The notes: generated by a model not told the origin, from the sequence alone. A stretch of DNA of 64,000 nucleotides from Patescibacteria group bacterium (GCA_004297215.1 SCUM01000001.1:612275-676274); one strand, 5' to 3'. Positions 1-8,317 are shown, numbered from the stretch's first letter. Made by a program: numbers and translations.

Positions 1-76
1 CTGCTTAAGACAAGCCAGATCCGCTCCCGATTGCGCCAGCACCCCTCGTTCCGAGCCCAACTCATGTAATCCCGTT

Positions 77-1000
77 ATGCTCGCCACTCTTTCGGACGTC
101 CTCAAGAAAGCCCGGAAAGGCCGCTATGCGGTCGGCGCCTTCAACGTGAACAACCTGGAGGCGATCCAGGCGGTCATCGAGGCCGCGCAGGCCGAACGTT
201 CGCCGGTCATCCTCTCCACGAGCGAGGGTGCGATCCACTACGCCGGAATGGAGGAGCTGGGCTTGCTCGCGCGTCTCGCGGCGACGCGCGTAAAAGTGCC
301 GGTCGTATTCCACCTCGACCACGGGAAAAACGTTCCGCTCATCGAGACCGCCATCAGGAGCGGCCTGTACACGAGCGTGATGTTCGACGGCTCTTCCCTC
401 CCGTACGAGGAGAACGCGAAGGTCTCGTCACGGCTCGCGAAGCTCGCGCGCAAGCACGGCGTGAGCCTCGAGGCGGAGCTGGGCGCCATCGCCGGCATCG
501 AGGATTTCGTGTCGGTCGCGGCCAAGGACGCGCACCTCACGCAACCCGCGCAGGCCGCGGCGTTCGTCCGCGCCACCGGCTGCGACGCGCTCGCGATCGC
601 GGTGGGGACGAGCCACGGGGCGTACAAGTTCAAGAAGGCGTCCGAGCTCGATTTCCCGCGCCTGAAGGCGATTGCCGAGGCCGTGAGCGTGCCGCTCGTC
701 TTGCACGGAGCGTCCTCGGTCCCCTCTTGGGTGAAATCCCTCTGCACCAAGTTCGGCTGTGAGATTTCCGGCGCCAAAGGGGTCGCCGACGCGCATGTGA
801 AGAAGGCCGTGGGACTCGGCGTGTGCAAGGTGAACGTGGACACCGACCTGCGCATCGCCTTTGACGCCGGCATCCGCCAGTTCCTCGCCAAACGCCCGGA
901 AGTGATCGACCCGCGCGAGATCCTAGGGCCGGCAAAGGCGCTCATGACGAGGGTCGTCCGTCAGAAAATGAAACTCCTTGGAAGCTCGGGCAAGGCCTAG
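77..1000 (+). CDS. fba: class II fructose-1,6-bisphosphate aldolase (FbaA / tagatose-bisphosphate aldolase family)
   Basis: 307-aa ORF. N-terminal KKARKGRYAVGAFNVNNLE plus HLDHG and SHGAYKF motifs are typical of class II (metal-dependent) aldolases. ATG at 77. Confidence 0.85.
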   Translation: MLATLSDVLKKARKGRYAVGAFNVNNLEAIQAVIEAAQAERSPVILSTSEGAIHYAGMEELGLLARLAATRVKVPVVFHLDHGKNVPLIETAIRSGLYTSVMFDGSSLPYEENAKVSSRLAKLARKHGVSLEAELGAIAGIEDFVSVAAKDAHLTQPAQAAAFVRATGCDALAIAVGTSHGAYKFKKASELDFPRLKAIAEAVSVPLVLHGASSVPSWVKSLCTKFGCEISGAKGVADAHVKKAVGLGVCKVNVDTDLRIAFDAGIRQFLAKRPEVIDPREILGPAKALMTRVVRQKMKLLGSSGKA

Positions 1001-1025
1001 GCGCATACCAACTCCCATCCCCCCT

Positions 1026-1997
1026 ATGTTCGACATCGTCACCGTCGGGTCAGGCACGCGCGACGTGTTCCTCCTCTCCGACCAGTTCCAGATGATTCGC
1101 TCTCCGAAGTTCGCCACGGGCATCGGCGAATGCGTGTCGTTGGGGAGCAAGATCGAGGTGGAGAGCGTGATCCACACCACCGGCGGCGGGGCCACCAACG
1201 CGGCAGCCACCTTCGCGCGACTCGGGTACAACGCGGCCGTGGTATGCCGCGTGGGGGATGACAGCGCCGGGCGCGACGTGATCATCGACCTGCAGCGCGA
1301 GGGGATCGGCACCACGCTCATCCGCCGGGTCGCTGGCGAGGATACCGGCTACTCCGTGCTGCTCACGGACACGGGCACGGGCGAGCGCTCCGTCCTCGTG
1401 TACCGCGGGGTGTCCGGCTCCTTCACGGCCAAGGACATCCCTTGGGACGAATGCGCGGCCCGCGCGTTTTACCTCTCCTCCCTGGGCGGCAACCTCGCCG
1501 TTGCCCGCCGCCTGGTGTCGCACGCCGCGCAGTGCCAGGCGCTCATCGCCTGGAACCCGGGGAGCCGGGAGCTCAAAAAGGGGTTGGGGTCGATCCAGGA
1601 TTTCCTCCCGGAAGTGAGCGTGTTCATGGTGAACCGCGAGGAGGCGATGATGCTCACGGGCAAGAAGGAGATTTCCGGGATGTTCGAGCGGCTCGTCACG
1701 GCCGACAACGTGGTGATCATCACCGATGGCGAGCGCGGCTCCTATGCCGCGCGCGCCGGCAAGGCCTGGTACGCGCCGGCCGCCGGGAGCAAGGCCGTAT
1801 CGCGTACCGGGGCCGGCGACGCGTTCGGCTCGGGCTTCATGGCCTCCTTCGTGCAGGAGCGAGACGTGCCGGCCGCGCTCGCGCTTGGCACCCTCAACGC
1901 CGATTCCGTCATCCGCCAGGTCGGTGCCAAGTCCGGCATCTTGCGCAGGTGGCCCACCGCCGCGCAGATGAAGAAAATCAAGGTAAAAGCGCTATGA
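1026..1997 (+). CDS. PfkB/ribokinase-family carbohydrate kinase
   Basis: MFDIVTVGSG start, GGGATNAA and C-terminal GAGDAFGSGF motifs of the ribokinase/PfkB fold. ATG at 1026 is the in-frame start just after the fba stop; the annotated upstream extension from 978 would overlap fba. Confidence 0.75.
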   Translation: MFDIVTVGSGTRDVFLLSDQFQMIRSPKFATGIGECVSLGSKIEVESVIHTTGGGATNAAATFARLGYNAAVVCRVGDDSAGRDVIIDLQREGIGTTLIRRVAGEDTGYSVLLTDTGTGERSVLVYRGVSGSFTAKDIPWDECAARAFYLSSLGGNLAVARRLVSHAAQCQALIAWNPGSRELKKGLGSIQDFLPEVSVFMVNREEAMMLTGKKEISGMFERLVTADNVVIITDGERGSYAARAGKAWYAPAAGSKAVSRTGAGDAFGSGFMASFVQERDVPAALALGTLNADSVIRQVGAKSGILRRWPTAAQMKKIKVKAL

Positions 1998-2989
1998 AAA
2001 AGCTGGTCGTCGCCGTCACCCGCGAGATTCCCGACGAGGGACTCGCCCTGTTGCGCAAGGACAAGCGGCTGTCCGTGAAGGTCTATGGGGAGGACCGGGC
2101 CATCCCGCGCAAGGAGCTGCTGCGCTTCGTGAAGGGGGCGGACATCATCCTCTCGATCCTCACGGAGCGGATGGACAAGGAGGCGTTCGACGCGGCCGGG
2201 CCGCAGCTCAAGATGGTGGCCAACTACGCCGTCGGCTTCGACAACATCGACCTGAAGGAAGCGGCCAAGCGCGGGCTCGTGGTCACCAACGCCGCGCATC
2301 CGAACGTGTCCGAGACGGTCGCGGAGCATGCCATCGCGCTCATGTTCGCGCTCGCGCATCGCGTCGTGGAGGTGGACGCCTTCACCCGCGCAGGCAAGTA
2401 CCGGGCTTGGGGGCCGAAGATGTTCCTAGGGACCGACATGATCGGCAAGACCATCGGGGTCGTGGGCGCCGGGGCGATCGGCCAGGCCATCGTGCGGCGG
2501 CTCTACGACGGGTTCGGGATGGACGTGCTCTACGCCGACATGAAACGCAACCCGACGCTCGAGGCCCGTTCGAAAGCGCGATTCGTCACGCTGCCGGAGC
2601 TCCTCAAGAAGAGCGATTTCGTCTCCCTGCACGTGCCGCTGCTCCCCTCCACGCGCCACCTCATCGGCGCCAAGGAGCTCAAGATGATGAAGAAGACGGC
2701 ATTTCTCATCAACACGGCGCGCGGGCCGGTCGTCGATGAGAAGGCGCTCCTCGCGGCGCTCACGAAGGGGGAAATCGCCGGGGCCGGGCTCGACGTATAC
2801 GAATGCGAGCCGGCGATCGACTGCGATCTCACCGATACCCTCGAGCTGCGCAAGATGCGAAACGTGGTGCTCACCCCGCACACGGCCTCGGCCACGGTCG
2901 AGACCCGCCAAGCCATGAGTCGCACGGCCGCCGAGAACATCCTCGCCTTCGTGAATGGAAAAAAGCCGCCGAACATGGTGAAGACCTGA
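1994..2989 (+). CDS. D-isomer-specific 2-hydroxyacid dehydrogenase (glyoxylate/hydroxypyruvate reductase-like)
   Basis: GKTIGVVGAGAIGQAI NAD-binding Rossmann motif and a catalytic-domain signature. ATG at 1994 overlaps the preceding stop (ATGA). The long 1442..2989 ORF in the track is an Arg-rich 5' extension and is rejected. Confidence 0.8.
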   Translation: MKKLVVAVTREIPDEGLALLRKDKRLSVKVYGEDRAIPRKELLRFVKGADIILSILTERMDKEAFDAAGPQLKMVANYAVGFDNIDLKEAAKRGLVVTNAAHPNVSETVAEHAIALMFALAHRVVEVDAFTRAGKYRAWGPKMFLGTDMIGKTIGVVGAGAIGQAIVRRLYDGFGMDVLYADMKRNPTLEARSKARFVTLPELLKKSDFVSLHVPLLPSTRHLIGAKELKMMKKTAFLINTARGPVVDEKALLAALTKGEIAGAGLDVYECEPAIDCDLTDTLELRKMRNVVLTPHTASATVETRQAMSRTAAENILAFVNGKKPPNMVKT

Positions 2990-3000
2990 GGAGCTTGCGA

Positions 3001-3028
3001 AAAAACCGTGCCCATGGCACGGTTTTAA
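3001..3028 (+). terminator. rho-independent terminator hairpin (AAAAACCGTGCC-catg-GGCACGGTTTT)
   Basis: Perfect 11-bp stem flanked by an A-run and a T-run immediately after the dehydrogenase stop codon. Confidence 0.7.
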
Positions 3029-3033
3029 GCACT

Positions 3034-3684
3034 ATGAATCACTCATCCCGCCTGTCGTTCCTTGCCGCAGGACTCGTCCTCTTGGGTGCCGGATGCGGCT
3101 CCGATGCCCCGCCGAAGCCTGACGCGTCAAAACCCGTCTCCGAACGACCCGCCGCCGAAGCTCCGTCCCCCGCCCCCTCTGACTCTGTCGCATCCGCCCC
3201 CTCGCAAGGCCTGCGGGAGATGCGCGCCGTCGACTTCCCGCTCATCACCAAGGCCGAGCGGTTCATCAACGAGAACCAGGGAAAGAAGCTTGGCAGTGCC
3301 GGATACGAGACCATCGTCGACATGGTCGTTGCCGACCCGGACAAGGCCGGAACGTATTACTTCGCCACCTCGGCCTACGACGCGGCCACAGGAGAAAACT
3401 TCGTCGGGGTGTATTCCATGGAGGAAACCAGTTACAACTGGTGGCGCGCGTACAAGCATACGTACAAGCGGGGCGATGACGGCTCAGCTCCCGCCCAGCT
3501 GCGCGTCGTGGGCAAGAGCGGCTCAATGCTCTATCTCGTCGCGGACAAGGTCGGCGCCATTCGAGCGGATGAGACGCTTATTTCGGACATCGGCCCGCTC
3601 CACGCCCTAGACTTAGACAAGCCGCTCGACGGCCTCAAGGAACTGAAGGCGGTCCCGCCGACGCTCGAGGGCAAACGGATCTGA
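3034..3684 (+). CDS. predicted lipoprotein, unknown function
   Basis: Signal peptide with lipobox LLGAGCGS, a Pro/Ala/Ser-rich linker, then a globular domain. No recognisable family. Confidence 0.6.
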   Translation: MNHSSRLSFLAAGLVLLGAGCGSDAPPKPDASKPVSERPAAEAPSPAPSDSVASAPSQGLREMRAVDFPLITKAERFINENQGKKLGSAGYETIVDMVVADPDKAGTYYFATSAYDAATGENFVGVYSMEETSYNWWRAYKHTYKRGDDGSAPAQLRVVGKSGSMLYLVADKVGAIRADETLISDIGPLHALDLDKPLDGLKELKAVPPTLEGKRI

Positions 3685-3729
3685 CACATTGACTCCCCTC
3701 TGTTTTTGAGCTATGATTTGGCCCATTGT

Positions 3730-3805
3730 GGGCCGTTAGCTCAGCTGGTAGAGCACCTGCTTTGCAAGCAGGGGGTCGTCGGTTCAAATCCGACACGGTC
3801 CACCA
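3730..3805 (+). tRNA. tRNA-Ala (anticodon TGC)
   Basis: 76-nt cloverleaf GGGCCGT...ACGGTCCACCA. Anticodon loop CTTTGCAAG gives TGC. G3:U70 Ala identity pair. GTTCAAATC T-loop. Encoded CCA. Confidence 0.9.
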
Positions 3806-3834
3806 AAAAACGCCCGGTCACCGGGCGTTTTTTC
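3806..3834 (+). terminator. rho-independent terminator after tRNA-Ala
   Basis: AAAAAACGCCCGGT-cac-CGGGCGTTTTTT hairpin plus T-tract. Confidence 0.7.
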
Positions 3835-3875
3835 TATCCTAGCCATTTCCTGCCCTTCTGTTAGCATCAAAGCGT

Positions 3876-5204
3876 ATGAAGATTCCCGTCGTCCTGACTG
3901 CCCTGGCACTGGTCCTCTCCTTCCCTTCGCCTGCACAGGCCGCCTCGCCGCGCCCGCCCGCGACCGTGCGCCTCATGGAGGCCGACGGCACGGTCCGTGC
4001 CGCGTTCAAGCTCGCGACCGCGAACGCGGCGACCGGATTCACCGTCGCTTCGGCCGATCTCGGGGAGGATGGCGTCCCGGAGCTCATCTTCGGCGCCGGG
4101 CTCGGGAACGCCCCGGAGGTGATCGTCACGCGTCAGGACGGAAGCGAGATCGGCCGGTTCCTCGCCTATGCGCCGACATCCGGGATGGGCATCAACGTGG
4201 CCGCGTGCGACCTGGATGGCGACGGCACGCCGGAAATCGTCACGGCCGCCCAACGCGGCGGCGGGCCGCACGTGCGCGTGTTCGACAACTTCGGGCAGGC
4301 GGAGGATGGCGGCGGATTCTTCGCCTACGACGCCGCGGACCGCAACGGGGTGAACCTCGCGTGCGGGGATCTCGACGGTGACGCCGCAGACGAGCTCGTC
4401 ACCCTTCCTGCCGCCGGCGCCGCGCCGCTCGTTCGCGTGTGGGACCTCTCGGGCGGGACCGCGGCGCGCACGCAGGAGTTCTATGCGCTCTCCGAGGACG
4501 ATCGCCGCGGCGTGGTGGGCGTCGTGCATGACCAGGCACTCACCGTGTCGAGCCAGCATGCGAGCAGGACCGCCGTGCGCACGTTCGCGTTCGCGAGTCC
4601 GGCGCATCTTGCCGACGAAACCGAGTTCGACGATGCGGCCACGGGCGTCACGGGCGTGCTGTGGATAAATGGCGAGGCAATCCTCTCATCATCGTCCGGC
4701 AGCACGCTCATCGATGCGTTCGGCGCGACGTTCGTCACGGTCGCGGACGCGCCGTTCGGGAGCGTGCACGCCGCCGTCGCGGATCTCGAGGCGGACGGGA
4801 CGGCCGAGCTCGTGGTCGTCGACGGGAAGCCCGCGTTCACCAACGACCCCTCGGAAAAATCCATCGTCGTCGACCTCTCTGAACAACGGTTGTACGCGTA
4901 CGAACGCGGCATCCTCACGAATACGTTCCTCGTGTCCACGGCCAGGAAGGGATGGGTCACGCCGCCTGGAAAACACGTCATCCTAGCCAAGGTTCCGCTC
5001 GTGCATTACGCCGGACCGGGTTGGGATCTTGGCATCATCCCGTACAATCTCCGTTTCCTCCCCCACTACTACATCCACTACGCGCCCTGGAACCGCGCCA
5101 TCGGCGTACCGATAAGCCATGGATGCGTGAATGCGGATCTCGAGGGCGCGAAATGGATTTACGACTGGGGCGACGCAGGAATCCCGATGGAAGTAAGAAC
5201 GTGA
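3876..5204 (+). CDS. secreted FG-GAP/VCBS-repeat protein with C-terminal L,D-transpeptidase (YkuD) domain
   Basis: Signal peptide (ALVLSFPSPAQA). Repeated DLDGDG / CGDLDGD Asp-Gly calcium-binding-like motifs of FG-GAP repeats. C-terminal HYAPWN...ISHGCVN His-Gly-Cys catalytic motif of L,D-transpeptidases. Confidence 0.7.
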   Translation: MKIPVVLTALALVLSFPSPAQAASPRPPATVRLMEADGTVRAAFKLATANAATGFTVASADLGEDGVPELIFGAGLGNAPEVIVTRQDGSEIGRFLAYAPTSGMGINVAACDLDGDGTPEIVTAAQRGGGPHVRVFDNFGQAEDGGGFFAYDAADRNGVNLACGDLDGDAADELVTLPAAGAAPLVRVWDLSGGTAARTQEFYALSEDDRRGVVGVVHDQALTVSSQHASRTAVRTFAFASPAHLADETEFDDAATGVTGVLWINGEAILSSSSGSTLIDAFGATFVTVADAPFGSVHAAVADLEADGTAELVVVDGKPAFTNDPSEKSIVVDLSEQRLYAYERGILTNTFLVSTARKGWVTPPGKHVILAKVPLVHYAGPGWDLGIIPYNLRFLPHYYIHYAPWNRAIGVPISHGCVNADLEGAKWIYDWGDAGIPMEVRT

Positions 5205-5295
5205 TAGGGGGTAGGTGGTAGTGCGTAGTGCGTAGTTTGGATGAAAAAAAGAAAAGTTTTTCCCAGCTATCACCTACCGACTACCGATTACCTCC
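5205..5295. repeat. REP-like imperfect inverted repeat with GTAGTGCGTAG core (family copy 1)
   Basis: Left arm GGGGGTAGGTGGTAGTGCGTAGTGCGTAG; right arm is the reverse complement of GGAGGTAATCGGTAGTCGGTAGGTGATAG. The arms flank an A/T hairpin immediately after a stop codon. Confidence 0.55.
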
Positions 5296-5303
5296 TTTTC
5301 CTC

Positions 5304-5332
5304 TTTACACGACTTCAAAAAAATGCTACCAT
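5304..5332 (+). promoter_or_regulatory. putative sigma70-type promoter (TTTACA-17-TACCAT)
   Basis: -35/-10-like hexamers with 17-bp spacing upstream of the tiny basic ORF. The same TACCAT -10 is seen at 62932. Confidence 0.3.
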
Positions 5333-5472
5333 GCTTCTAATCGTCGATCGTTGCGCGTTCCTCGATCACGATTTGCACCATCGCGCGCGTGCGCGGTGAC
5401 AAATCTTTCGCGGCAGCATCGCAAGATGCGTCCGCGCCTGGCGGGACCTTTACCCGCTGACCATTGGAGGCT

Positions 5473-5571
5473 ATGAAGAAGAGGAAAAAGGCAGCCAAGC
5501 GCAAGCCGGCACGGAAGGCGAAGCGCAAGGCCGCTCCCAAGAAGCGCAAGGCGGCCAAGCGCCGCCGCTAG
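5473..5571 (+). CDS. tiny lysine/arginine/alanine-rich basic protein (32 aa: MKKRKKAAKRKPARKAKRKAAPKKRKAAKRRR)
   Basis: GGAGG 2-3 nt upstream of the ATG. GC-rich third positions. Its own terminator hairpin follows directly. The antisense ORF 5337..5558 is considered spurious. Confidence 0.4.
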   Translation: MKKRKKAAKRKPARKAKRKAAPKKRKAAKRRR

Positions 5572-5586
5572 TCCGAAAGGACTCTC

Positions 5587-5619
5587 AAAAATCCCTCGAG
5601 ACGCGTCGAGGGATTTTTG
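5587..5619. terminator. bidirectional rho-independent terminator (ATCCCTCGAGACGCGTCGAGGGAT flanked by A-run and T-run)
   Basis: Sits between the convergent small + ORF and the minus-strand EndoQ-like gene. Confidence 0.7.
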
Positions 5620-5620
5620 A

Positions 5621-6874
5621 TTAGAGGAGATTTCGCTGCGCAGGCTTCGTCGGCCGCCCGTCTCCCAACAGCCTCACGGTCCCGAAGATGCCGTCATACC
5701 CTGGCTTAATGTCCACGCGCCCCTCGCGCATGCGGCGGATGGCCTCCGAGACGTTCGGCGTGGACGCGACCTCGGCGATGGCCTCGATGGGGGTGTCGAG
5801 CAGGAGCGTGAACTCGTCCGCGACCTGGTCCGTGAGCCTCTCGTACTCGGCACGGACGCGTTTTGACAGGACGCCCACCCCGAACGCGTCCGCGATCACC
5901 TCCTCGAGCGGCACGATGCTCTTGAACGGGATCTTGCCCTCCGGCGCCGCTTCCCTGTCCGCGAGCGCCTCGACGCGGTGCTCGACGCCCAGCGTGAGCG
6001 GTTTCTTGCAGGTCGGACATCGGCCGCCGAGTCGCTTCGTTTCCTTCGGCGCGCACGAAAACTTGCAGTCCGCGCAGCCGTCGAGGTGGTATTTCCCTTC
6101 TTCCGGGAAGAACTCGATGGTGTGGAGGAACCGCTTGGGGTCGCGCGACTTGAGCGCGTCCACGAACGCGTCGTAACTTGGTGCCGCAAGATCGAACACG
6201 TTCGCCTCGCGGCCAAGATTGCGCGGGCTGTGCGCGTCGGAGTTGGAGATGAGGGCGACGGTATCCAGCCCGGACAGTCGCCAATTCATCTTCGGGTCGC
6301 TGGAAAGCCCGGTCTCGATCGCGTGCACGTGCCTCGTCATGCTTCCGAAGCACTCTTCCAACGAATCGAAGCCGGATTTGCTCCCGAACACGCTGTACCA
6401 GGGCGTCCAGGCGTGCGCTGGAACCAGGATGATGCGCTCGTCGATGTCTTTCAGGGCCTTGAAGAGCTCTTCGGAGTCGGTGCCAAGGATAGGCCGTCCG
6501 TCGGACTTGCGATTGAACTCTTCCTTGTCGAGCCACGCATTCACCTTCGCGACCGTTTCAAGCGACGGGGCGAACAGCAGGTTGTGCACGCGCCGCGTCT
6601 TGCCGCCGCGCTTGTAAATCTGGCTCACCTCCGTCACCAACATGAATCTGACCCCTTTCGCCCCTTCGGCCCCTTTCAACCGATACAATCCCGGCTCGCT
6701 CTCCACCAGACGCTCGTTGAGGTGCTCCACCCACTTCGGATGCGTCCAATCCCCGGTCGCGACGACATCGATCCCCTTGCGCGCGCACCACTTCGCGATC
6801 GTCGGCAACTCCAACTCCTTCGAGCACGCGCGCGAATGCTTGGAATGCACGTGCCAGTCGGTTATGAGGCGCAT
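5621..6874 (-). CDS. PHP-domain nuclease resembling endonuclease Q (EndoQ) with internal zinc finger
   Basis: Starts MRLITDWHVHSKHSRA, the PHP His motif. Has DGCADCKFSC...GGRCPTCKK Cys4 zinc finger. Length is about 417 aa, as in archaeal/bacterial EndoQ. Confidence 0.6.
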   Translation of the reverse strand: MRLITDWHVHSKHSRACSKELELPTIAKWCARKGIDVVATGDWTHPKWVEHLNERLVESEPGLYRLKGAEGAKGVRFMLVTEVSQIYKRGGKTRRVHNLLFAPSLETVAKVNAWLDKEEFNRKSDGRPILGTDSEELFKALKDIDERIILVPAHAWTPWYSVFGSKSGFDSLEECFGSMTRHVHAIETGLSSDPKMNWRLSGLDTVALISNSDAHSPRNLGREANVFDLAAPSYDAFVDALKSRDPKRFLHTIEFFPEEGKYHLDGCADCKFSCAPKETKRLGGRCPTCKKPLTLGVEHRVEALADREAAPEGKIPFKSIVPLEEVIADAFGVGVLSKRVRAEYERLTDQVADEFTLLLDTPIEAIAEVASTPNVSEAIRRMREGRVDIKPGYDGIFGTVRLLGDGRPTKPAQRNLL

Positions 6875-6879
6875 AGTGA

Positions 6880-6916
6880 ACGAAAACTTGAAACGTGAAA
6901 ACTTGAAATCTTGAAA
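6880..6916. repeat. short tandem repeats (TTTCAAG x3-4 on minus strand) in EndoQ upstream region
   Basis: Plus-strand sequence is gaaaacttgaaacgtgaaaacttgaaatcttgaaatgg. Lies directly 5' of the EndoQ-like start. Candidate operator or iterated binding site. Confidence 0.45.
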
Positions 6917-6931
6917 TGGCAGCCGCGGGTG

Positions 6932-7177
6932 TCAGCCTGCGTCGTGGATGGTCGTCTGCCATCCGCAATTCGGACAGACGAGGACGGCTTCGTCCCCGCG
7001 CATCTCGATTCGCACGGGCGTACCGCATGATCGGATCGGACAGGAAACGATGTCGGGAAACCGTTCTTTTTTCTGCTGAAGAGCCCGTTGGACCTCCTGC
7101 TCGATGTTCTTCGACAGTTTCCTCGCCTCGAACATCGACTCGCGATTCTCCCTGAATTCAGGAGCAAACACGCTCAT
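6932..7177 (-). CDS. small zinc-ribbon protein (CxxxC...CxxC), unknown function
   Basis: 81 aa with CPIRSC...CPNCG motifs. Sits between the nucleotidyltransferase and EndoQ-like genes on the same strand. Confidence 0.5.
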   Translation of the reverse strand: MSVFAPEFRENRESMFEARKLSKNIEQEVQRALQQKKERFPDIVSCPIRSCGTPVRIEMRGDEAVLVCPNCGWQTTIHDAG

Positions 7178-7206
7178 AGCATCGTTCTTGCCTTACGAAC
7201 CTCATA

Positions 7207-7983
7207 TCAGCGACCTTTTCTGCGCTCCAGAATGGCCTCCGCGATTTCCTTCTCCTCGACGGAGTTGATGCCGATGGCTTCTTCCGGAGCGATCTCGAGC
7301 GTACCGATCTTCTGGCCTTGCGCGAAGGCGAGGGCGACCAGGTCCGTGAGATAGAGCTCTCCCTGGGCGTTGTTCGGCCGCACCTTCTCGATGTTCCCCC
7401 AAAGCCAGGCGGCGTCAAAGCACATGAGCGCGGGATTCACCTCGCAGATCGCCTTCTCGTCGTCGTAGGCGTCCTTGAACTCGCGGATGCCGGTAATCCT
7501 CCCGCCTGCGTCGCGCAGGATGCGGCCCCAATGCTGGAACACGCGGTACCAGCCGTCGAATGACGGGACGGTGGTCGTGAACATGGTGAGGGCGTTGCGC
7601 TCCGCGATGTGCGCCTTGGCGAGCCGGCGGAGCGAGCCGGCGGAGATGAACGGGTGGTCGCCATACAGCACCGCGACCGCGTCGGCGGCACCGACGTTCG
7701 CCTTGGCGGACAGCACCGCGTGCGCCGTCCCCTTTTGGAACTCCTGGACGGCATAATCGCATTTCCCGCCGAACGTATCGCAGATGCGCGTGCGCTCATG
7801 GCCGATGACGACGACGGGTTTCGCGTCGAGCCCCGAGGCGGCAACGTTCTCGAGCAGGTGCTGCAGGATGGGCTTGTCGCCGACCGGGACAAGCGCCTTG
7901 GGGAGATCGCTCTTCATGCGCGTCCCCTTGCCGGCGGCGAGGATGACGACACGGAAGACGGGGGGATCACCTGGCAACGCCAT
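7207..7983 (-). CDS. sugar-phosphate nucleotidyltransferase (GlmU N-terminal-like / MobA-like NTP-transferase fold)
   Basis: ILAAGKGTRMKSDLPKALVPVGDKPIL glycine-rich NTP-transferase signature. Confidence 0.7.
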   Translation of the reverse strand: MALPGDPPVFRVVILAAGKGTRMKSDLPKALVPVGDKPILQHLLENVAASGLDAKPVVVIGHERTRICDTFGGKCDYAVQEFQKGTAHAVLSAKANVGAADAVAVLYGDHPFISAGSLRRLAKAHIAERNALTMFTTTVPSFDGWYRVFQHWGRILRDAGGRITGIREFKDAYDDEKAICEVNPALMCFDAAWLWGNIEKVRPNNAQGELYLTDLVALAFAQGQKIGTLEIAPEEAIGINSVEEKEIAEAILERRKGR

Positions 7984-8099
7984 ACATCATCCCGATGACG
8001 AACCCGACGGCGAATATCGCCGAGACCTTCATCACCGCACACAAGGTGCACGATGTCTTTTTCGGTTCATCCATACGGCCATAAGCTTACCCGATGCCT

Positions 8100-8135
8100 C
8101 CGGCAAAAACAAAACCGGCCGGGTTTGCCGGTCGG
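8100..8135 (-). terminator. rRNA operon terminator (ACCGGC-aaaccc-GCCGGT hairpin plus T-run on minus strand)
   Basis: Palindromic stem followed by TTTGTTTTT on the minus strand, just downstream of 5S. Confidence 0.5.
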
Positions 8136-8151
8136 CGATGTTTGAATCATG

Positions 8152-8270
8152 GCAAGGTCCCGGCGTCCACCTACTCTCGCCCAATCGGACTACCATCGGC
8201 CCCTGGCGGCTTAACTGCCGTGTTCGGGATGGGAACGGGTGTGACCCGCCGGGAACTGACACCGAGACGC
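8152..8270 (-). rRNA. rrf: 5S rRNA
   Basis: Reverse complement contains 5S hallmarks (GCGAGAGTAGG, CCGATGGTAGT-like, GCCAGGGG). Boundaries are approximate (+/-5 nt). Confidence 0.75.
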
Positions 8271-8317
8271 TGCCATGATTCGTACAGAGAAAACACGATT
8301 TCAGGATCCGATCTGAA

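Noticed and set aside
1442-2989. 515-aa ORF extending the 2-hydroxyacid dehydrogenase about 550 nt upstream
   Set aside because: The upstream part is Arg/Gly/Pro-rich, typical of an off-frame reading of GC-rich coding DNA, and overlaps the PfkB kinase gene. The conserved dehydrogenase begins at MKKLVVAVT (ATG 1994).
5337-5558. 73-aa minus-strand ORF antisense to the tiny basic ORF
   Set aside because: It has no room for a promoter between its start and the upstream bidirectional terminator. The plus-strand mini-ORF has an RBS and terminator, so the plus strand is preferred, though neither is proven.
6880-6916. Tandem short repeats considered as a CRISPR array (also the 21-bp repeats at 16861-17052)
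   Set aside because: Units are 7-21 bp, contiguous, with no unique spacers. The 21-bp set is in-frame coding sequence. No cas genes are present.
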